Below are positions 59,401 to 64,000 of a stretch of 64,000 nucleotides of DNA, piece after piece. A model generated the notes under the pieces. It saw only the letters and a list, made by a program, of their open reading frames with translations. It did not search any database and was not told where the DNA came from. This stretch comes from an uncultured Rhodospirillaceae bacterium. Its GTDB lineage: Bacteria > Pseudomonadota > Alphaproteobacteria > UBA11136. Both the position numbers and the translations under genes were made by a program. Location: the NCBI GenBank assembly GCA_964486105.1, contig CAZAKR010000006.1:15924-79923 (forward strand), given 5' to 3'. Numbering within the stretch: position 1 is the first letter of the stretch; every line of letters begins with the position of its first letter.

Positions 59401-60011
59401 TCTCGCGTCTCAGCGGCAAGGGAAAATTCAACGTGACACAAGGGATCGTCAAAGGCTTTGACCTCACCGCGATCAGCGAACGCCTTAAACATCTCGACAA
59501 CCTCGGCAGCTTCCTCGGCTTGCTGGACAAATCCATGTCCGGCGGTCAGACGCCTTTCTCCCGTCTCGACGGCACCTTTGTTATCGACAAGGGCATCGCC
59601 ACCACCAATGATATTTTATTGCTGGCCCAGGCCGCCCGGGGCCAGGCTGCGGGCAATATCAATTTCCCCAACTGGCAGATTAATCTGAAATCCCAGTTCT
59701 ATCTGACCGAACATCCCAAGGCGCCGCCCTTCGGGATGAAGCTTTCCGGGCCGATCGACAATCCGAAAAAGGTTTTGGATATCGAGCAGATGCAGGCTTA
59801 TCTTTTGACCAAGGGCGTCGGTAAATTCCTCGAAAAGGTCGTGCCCAAGGAGGGCGGGGCTACGGGAACGCCGCTCGATCTTCTCCTCGGCAAACAGCCT
59901 GCCCCTGTCCCCGGGGCACCGGCCTCCGCGCCCGCGCCGGTGAACCCGATTGAGGAACTCCAGAAAGACCCGAACAAGGCCCTGGAGAAAATCCTCAAGG
60001 ATCTGTTCTAG
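56415..60011 (+). CDS. AsmA-family protein (large envelope-spanning AsmA-like protein)
   Basis: 1198 aa. N-terminal TM anchor plus AsmA N-domain (LPGMVDWNEYKGEIASQVTKATGRNIFIGGDLKLSVLP), a long beta-rich repetitive body, and an AsmA_2-like C-terminus (GKGKFNVTQGIVKGFDL...GTFVIDKGIATTNDI). Confidence 0.85.
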   Translation: MRKILTFFVVLIVGLLGLAVVLPGMVDWNEYKGEIASQVTKATGRNIFIGGDLKLSVLPVPTLSVEDLHLASVDGASDPDMVSLGALEVRVALRPLLEGRIEVDSIALVRPVINLELFADGRNNWTFAPKPAGADGAGAKPVPETALPQAAEAGETAADSSLAIVLKSVTIEDGVVSYRDSAKNQLERITGLNAVIAAETLEGPFEAEGRLTARGLPLSFNVKSGSLRKGQPIALGLGLGLSAGKTAIKASGNLALPDYGATEGTAFSGKIHVEGESLADLVGVTATRLGALSQNPLDLPGALAQEFVIDGDVSLTPSKTAIGNLALDLGGIKAAGSLDVVPGTPLAVDIALSVKHIDLDKALDLPGKSYGGADADAEQKPQESEKAAGAKSSTKSSAKPAGKKAKKEDQLFPADITANLNLDIGALVYNGKVIQKGLVKLSLAGGKLKLDKVSAQLPGSSKLSLAGTVAGGKESPGFNGKVDAASDNLREFLNWLKIDVGSVPADRLRRMSFAGKVKAGKTQVDVTGLNMLVDATRLKGGVAIALRKRPSFGIDLAVDTLNLDAYLPGKAESGPAAAGTGAGEKKAADSGEPAEPVSLGGGDKALLPGLEFLNAFDANVKTRIGKLTYNKMPVEGVRLDGTLQGGKLTLREAGVQNFAGAGLKVNGTVSGFSAVPSANMAFDIQTKNLPQLFRLAGSTPPDFAGRAGKVALSGRLQGELKALKVDTGLDFAGGKITLAGTLDNSLSAPEFNFLVNATHPSFARMVQVFDPGFRPSLAKLGDFTFKGQLHGNAERFTLSGLKSKLGPAVLAGEGQVSLEGKRPNIIAKLSGNDILIDMFLPPKGKSLGLAPADNIPRIIPAAYVAAAPRQAQPGRAPWSRDPINLTALAAFDADIKLASSSLAYGKYRVIKPQLAMNLKDAVLDVTQLTGTLFEGAFNMRARMMISDMPTIASTISVTNANVGQALLTAGNIDVAKGRLNTNFDLTTAGRNSYEMISRLSGKGKFNVTQGIVKGFDLTAISERLKHLDNLGSFLGLLDKSMSGGQTPFSRLDGTFVIDKGIATTNDILLLAQAARGQAAGNINFPNWQINLKSQFYLTEHPKAPPFGMKLSGPIDNPKKVLDIEQMQAYLLTKGVGKFLEKVVPKEGGATGTPLDLLLGKQPAPVPGAPASAPAPVNPIEELQKDPNKALEKILKDLF

Positions 60012-60013
60012 GC

Positions 60014-61756
60014 TCACCCTTTCCCGTACAGCGCCTCCAGGCGGTCTTTGTAAAGTGCCATGATCTTGTGGCGGCGGATTTTCATGGTCGGGGTCAGAAG
60101 ACCGTTGTCGATGGTGAAGGGGGCGTCTGAGACGATAAAGCGGCGCACCCGTTCGATCAGCGACAGTTTGGCGTTTACCCGGTCGAGGGCGGCATCCAGC
60201 GCCGCCCTGGACGCTTCGCCATCCCCCAACCCCTCTTCAGGCACGATAACGGCGACCAGATGGGGTTTTCGGTCGCCGTAAACCATCGCCTGGGCAATCT
60301 CCGGCGCCATCGCCAGAATGCCTTCGACCCGCTGGGGGGAAAGGTTGTCACCCCCTGAATTGACGATAATGTCCTTCTTGCGGTCGGTAATGCGGATATA
60401 GCCGCTATCGTCGATTTCGCCGATGTCGCCGGTATGCAGCCAGCCTTCCTGCAGGGCCGCCTTTGTTGCTTTTGTGTCGTTCCAGTAGCCCTGCATCAGC
60501 AGTTCGCCACGGGCGAGAATCTCACCGTCTTCGGCGATCTTTACTTCGACGTCACACATCGGCGGGCCGACCGTGGAGATGCGGTTGTCATGGGGCGGGT
60601 TGCAGCTGATGACCGGGGCCGATTCCGTCTGTCCATAGCCCTGCAGGATGCGCAGTCCAAGGGCGGTGAAGAAAAGACCGATCTCATAGTTCAGGGGCGC
60701 GCCGCCCGAGACCAGGGCCTTTAAGCGGCCGCCGAAACGGCTCTTAACCTTGCGCCGGACCAGGAGGTCGAGAATTCTGTTTGAAAGACGCTGGCGATAA
60801 GAAAGGGCCTTGGGGTCTTCATAGGCCAGGCTCCCCAGCCCCAGGGCGGCCCCGAAAAGCCGCGCCTTAAGGCCGCCATCCCTGGCCACGGCGCGGGTGA
60901 TCCGCTGGTACAGGCTTTCATAAAGACGCGGCACGGCGGTCATGATGGTGGGGCGGGCCTCGAGCATATTGCCGCCGAGATGTTCGATCCCTTCGGCGTA
61001 ATAGATTTGCGCCCCGATGGAGAGGGGAAAAAACTGGCCCGCGGTATGTTCATAAGAATGGGAAAGCGGCAGGAAGGAGAGAAATACCTCGTCCTCCAGG
61101 CCAAGCCCTTCCAATACGTGACAGGCCCCCTTGCAGTTGGAGATAATCGCACCGTGAGAGAGCATGACCCCCTTCGGCGCGCCGCCGGTACCCGAGGTAT
61201 AGATCAGGCAGGCGGTGTCACTGCGCTGTAATTGGGCGGCCCAGGCCTCCACTTCGCCGGCCTTCTCTTTCCCCTTTTCGAGGATTTCCGCCCAGTCATG
61301 AAAGGCCAGGCTGCTTTTGCCGGACGTCTCCAGGGGTGACATGGAAATGATGAACCGGCTCTCAGGCGCCTTCTCGGCCGCCGGGATCAACCGCGACGCC
61401 AGCTGAGGCGTCGAGACGATAATCCCCTTCGCACCGCTGTTTTTAAGGATGTGCAGATGGTCCTCGACGGTATTGGTGGTGTAGGCCGGGACCGAGATGC
61501 CGCCGGCGGCCATGATGGCGATATCGGCGATCAGCCATTCCGGGCGGCTTTCCGAAACCAGCACTATCCGGTCGCCGCTTTCCATGCCGCAGGCCTTAAG
61601 CCCGGCGGCGAGACCGCGTATCCGGGCCGCGGTTTGGCGCCAGCTCAAAGGCTGGTAAGCGCCGTCCTTCTTCGCCCACAGGAAAGGCTTATCGCCATAT
61701 TCCGCGGCGCGGTCGAAAAACATGGTTGCGAGATTAGGCCAAGTCTCGTATCGCAT
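60014..61756 (-). CDS. Long-chain acyl-CoA synthetase (AMP-forming)
   Basis: AMP-binding motif YTSGTGGAPKGVMLSH, and GYGQTE, TGDIG, GRxKD-like ITDRKKD. Start at the ATG at 61756 (MRYETWPNLATMFFDRA). The upstream 360 codons of the 942-aa track ORF are antisense to pepF and were discarded. Confidence 0.88.
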   Translation of the reverse strand: MRYETWPNLATMFFDRAAEYGDKPFLWAKKDGAYQPLSWRQTAARIRGLAAGLKACGMESGDRIVLVSESRPEWLIADIAIMAAGGISVPAYTTNTVEDHLHILKNSGAKGIIVSTPQLASRLIPAAEKAPESRFIISMSPLETSGKSSLAFHDWAEILEKGKEKAGEVEAWAAQLQRSDTACLIYTSGTGGAPKGVMLSHGAIISNCKGACHVLEGLGLEDEVFLSFLPLSHSYEHTAGQFFPLSIGAQIYYAEGIEHLGGNMLEARPTIMTAVPRLYESLYQRITRAVARDGGLKARLFGAALGLGSLAYEDPKALSYRQRLSNRILDLLVRRKVKSRFGGRLKALVSGGAPLNYEIGLFFTALGLRILQGYGQTESAPVISCNPPHDNRISTVGPPMCDVEVKIAEDGEILARGELLMQGYWNDTKATKAALQEGWLHTGDIGEIDDSGYIRITDRKKDIIVNSGGDNLSPQRVEGILAMAPEIAQAMVYGDRKPHLVAVIVPEEGLGDGEASRAALDAALDRVNAKLSLIERVRRFIVSDAPFTIDNGLLTPTMKIRRHKIMALYKDRLEALYGKG

Positions 61757-61825
61757 GTCCTTATCATAAACGCTTGTCTCCGGCCCCGCTACGCCGCCGG
61801 ACTGAAAAAAGGCAAAGATAGAAAT

Positions 61826-63667
61826 ATGACCCGACACAAGACCCGTATTTTCCCCGCGCCGGGCTTGACCGGCCTTGCTGAAGACGGAGCGGACCTTGCC
61901 GGCCTTCCCGAATGGAATCTCAGCGACCTTTATCCCGACCGCTCGTCGCCTGAACTGAAAGCCGATCTTGATCGGGCAGAGAGCGGCGCCAAGGATTTTG
62001 AGACGCGTTTTGCCGGAAAAATGGACGATCTGGACGGTGACGGTCTGGGCGCGGCAATTGCCGAATACGAGGTTTTGGAAGAAGTTCTCGGGCGGATCAT
62101 GAGCTATGCCTTTCTGGTCTATGCCGGGAACCAGAGCGACCCGGAGCTGGCCAAGTTCTATCAGGGGATGCAGGAACGCTGCACCGATATATCGACCCGG
62201 CTTATCTTCTTTACCCTTGAGATCAACCGGATGGATGAGGCGGTCCTGACGGAAAAAATGGCCGCCCCCGCGGCCGCCCATTACGCGCCCTGGGTGCGCG
62301 ATCTGCGGGTTTTCCGAGATCATCAGCTGTCCGACGAGATGGAAAAAATCCTCCATGAGAAAATGGTCGCCGGGCGGACCGCCTGGGTGCGTCTTTTCGA
62401 CGAGACCATGGCCGATTTGCGCTTTCCCTTTGAAACCGGGACCGGTGTTGAGCTCCTGACCGAGTCGGAAACTCTCCATAAGCTCTCCGATAAAGACGGG
62501 GCTGTGCGCCGTCAGGCCGGCCTGTCCCTGGGCCGGGTGCTGGGCGAAAATATCCGCCAGTTCGCGTTGATTACCAATACCCTGGCCAAAGACAAGGAGA
62601 TCGACGACCGTTGGCGCAGCTATGCCCAGCCTGTTTCCTACCGCAATCTCTCCAATCAGGTGGAAGACGAGGTGGTTGAGGCCCTGCACGGTGCCGTCAC
62701 CGTGGCCTATCCGGATCTTTCTCACCGCTATTACGCGCTTAAATCCCGCTGGTTCGGTGTCGAGGCGCTCGACTTCTGGGACCGTAACGCGCCCCTTGAG
62801 CAAGATGATAACCGGGTTATTCCCTGGGCCGAGGCCCGCCAAACAGTGCTTGACGCCTATACCGCTTTTTCACCCGAACTGGCGGCGATCGGACAGCGCT
62901 TTTTCGACTCCCCCTGGATTGATGTGCCGCCGCGTCCGGGCAAGGCGTCCGGCGCTTTCGCCCATCCCACGGTGCCCTCGGTGCATCCCTATCTGCTGCT
63001 CAATTATCAGGGCCGCACCCGCGATGTGATGACCCTGGCCCATGAGCTCGGCCACGGCGTCCACCAGATCCTTGCCGGGCCTCGCGGAGCCCTGATGTCC
63101 GACACCCCGCTGACTCTGGCCGAAACCGCCAGCGTATTCGGAGAGATGCTGACCTTCCGGGCGCTGCTTGAGGCCGAAGACGATCCGGGGCGGCGCCGGG
63201 TGATGCTGGCCGGTAAGGTCGAGGACATGTTGAATACGGTCGTGCGCCAGATTTCGATGTTCGATTTTGAACGCCGGGTCCATGACGAACGTCGCACCGG
63301 CGAGCTGACCGCCGAGCGTCTCGGTGATATCTGGCTGGAGACCCAGAGCGAAAGCCTGGGGCCGTCGATCCTTCTTGGTGACGATTACCGCAACTTCTGG
63401 GCCTATATCCCCCATTTCATCCACTCGCCCTTTTACGTTTACGCCTATGCCTTCGGCGATTGCCTGGTGAATTCGCTCTATGCGGTCTATGAAGGGGCCA
63501 GCGAAGGCTTTGCCGAGCGCTATCTCGATATGCTGCGTGCTGGCGGCACCCTGCGCCACAAGGAGCTCCTCGCACCCTTCGGCCTTGACGCCGCCGATCC
63601 CGGTTTTTGGTCCAGGGGACTGGGCGTTATTTCGGGGCTGATCGATGAACTGGAGGCCCTAGACTAA
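61826..63667 (+). CDS. pepF: M3-family oligoendopeptidase F
   Basis: Zinc motif HELGHGVH with a downstream E (ETASVFGE) and PepF-like length (613 aa from the ATG at 61826). The earlier part of the track ORF is antisense to the acyl-CoA synthetase. Confidence 0.88.
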   Translation: MTRHKTRIFPAPGLTGLAEDGADLAGLPEWNLSDLYPDRSSPELKADLDRAESGAKDFETRFAGKMDDLDGDGLGAAIAEYEVLEEVLGRIMSYAFLVYAGNQSDPELAKFYQGMQERCTDISTRLIFFTLEINRMDEAVLTEKMAAPAAAHYAPWVRDLRVFRDHQLSDEMEKILHEKMVAGRTAWVRLFDETMADLRFPFETGTGVELLTESETLHKLSDKDGAVRRQAGLSLGRVLGENIRQFALITNTLAKDKEIDDRWRSYAQPVSYRNLSNQVEDEVVEALHGAVTVAYPDLSHRYYALKSRWFGVEALDFWDRNAPLEQDDNRVIPWAEARQTVLDAYTAFSPELAAIGQRFFDSPWIDVPPRPGKASGAFAHPTVPSVHPYLLLNYQGRTRDVMTLAHELGHGVHQILAGPRGALMSDTPLTLAETASVFGEMLTFRALLEAEDDPGRRRVMLAGKVEDMLNTVVRQISMFDFERRVHDERRTGELTAERLGDIWLETQSESLGPSILLGDDYRNFWAYIPHFIHSPFYVYAYAFGDCLVNSLYAVYEGASEGFAERYLDMLRAGGTLRHKELLAPFGLDAADPGFWSRGLGVISGLIDELEALD

Positions 63668-63798
63668 AGGCGCGTTTGCTTTAAAAAACCCAAAACCCCT
63701 TGGCAAACCGGTTTTCACAGGTCATTGTGGCCGCTGTTTTGTCTGTCCGGGAGGGACAGACAAGGTTGAAAAACGAATAAAGGGGTAAGGGGAACACC

Positions 63799-64000
63799 AT
63801 GAAAATTGCCATCCCCAAGGAGAGTCGGTCCGGCGAAACGCGTGTCGCGGCGTCTCCTGATGTGGTTAAGAAACTAACCGGTTTCGGCTTTCAGGTGATC
63901 ATTGAGAAGGGGGCCGGGGAGGCCTCCGCGATTACCGATGATGAATTCAAAACGGCGGGCGCGACGATTGCCAAGGATACGGCGACGGCGCTCAAGGGGG
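63799..64000 (+). CDS. pntA: NAD(P) transhydrogenase subunit alpha, 5' fragment (runs off the window)
   Basis: MKIAIPKESRSGETRVAASPDVVKKLTGFGFQVIIEKGAGEASAITDDEF is the typical PntA/alanine-dehydrogenase-like N-terminus. AAGGGG SD upstream. Confidence 0.85.
   Translation, partial: MKIAIPKESRSGETRVAASPDVVKKLTGFGFQVIIEKGAGEASAITDDEFKTAGATIAKDTATALKG

Noticed and set aside
57603-59492. 629-aa minus-strand ORF opposite the AsmA-family gene, plus the 241-aa ORF at 56571..57296
   Set aside because: They are antisense to a coherent 1198-aa AsmA-like ORF that has a TM anchor and conserved termini. Their G/R/P-rich composition and lack of motifs mark them as GC-driven artefacts.
61757-62842. N-terminal ~360 codons of the 942-aa minus-strand ORF
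   Set aside because: The acyl-CoA synthetase homology begins at the ATG at 61756 (MRYETWPNL...). The upstream part overlaps pepF, which has its HELGH motif on the plus strand, and has an antisense-like composition. In the same way, pepF residues before the ATG at 61826 are antisense to the synthetase.

Overview
This is a GC-rich, densely coded chromosomal segment that looks alphaproteobacterial and is almost entirely core or housekeeping. The minus strand from about 22.9 to 47.9 kb carries a complete dcw cluster in canonical order (mraZ-rsmH-ftsL-ftsI-murE-murF-mraY-murD-ftsW-murG-murC-murB-ddl-ftsQ-ftsA-ftsZ), which continues into lpxC-bamD-recN-ligA. The other blocks are:
- a B-family-like heme-copper oxidase cluster with a SenC/SCO chaperone (0-3.7 kb);
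- ettA and mlaC-mlaA;
- a SahR-like ArsR/methyltransferase regulator with metF-metH;
- a cupredoxin/FTR1 iron-uptake operon;
- a ClC channel and uvrD-prmA-pepP-HIT;
- RNase P RNA (rnpB), recognised by eye on the minus strand underneath spurious plus-strand ORFs;
- a lipoprotein peptidoglycan amidase, an EamA transporter and TRAP dctQM;
- a DUF3750-like protein, TauE, an HpcH-type aldolase and a large AsmA-family protein;
- an acyl-CoA synthetase, pepF and the 5' end of pntA.

I saw no CRISPR array, transposase or integrase, tRNA or rRNA gene, or defence-island-like gene set. I cannot point to a convincing new multi-gene system. The best leads are:
1. The oxidase catalytic subunit lacks the His-Tyr cross-link tyrosine (HSSQQ instead of HPxVY). 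It sits with a CuA subunit II, SenC and two mini membrane ORFs, so it may be a NO-reductase-type or otherwise uncharacterised heme-copper enzyme.
2. An FTR1 permease ORF runs without a stop into a signal-like segment and a beta-barrel-like domain, which is itself interrupted by a frameshift at a homopolymer.
3. Five exactly 10-bp-phased ATGG(G/T) repeats lie upstream of mraZ.
4. Two inverted copies of a 14-bp GGGATA-NN-TATCCC palindrome lie in the iron-operon promoter.
5. Several small ORFs fall below the track threshold, and a promoter/terminator-bracketed non-coding stretch lies upstream of sahR.

All homology calls come from motif recognition by eye, not from database searches.
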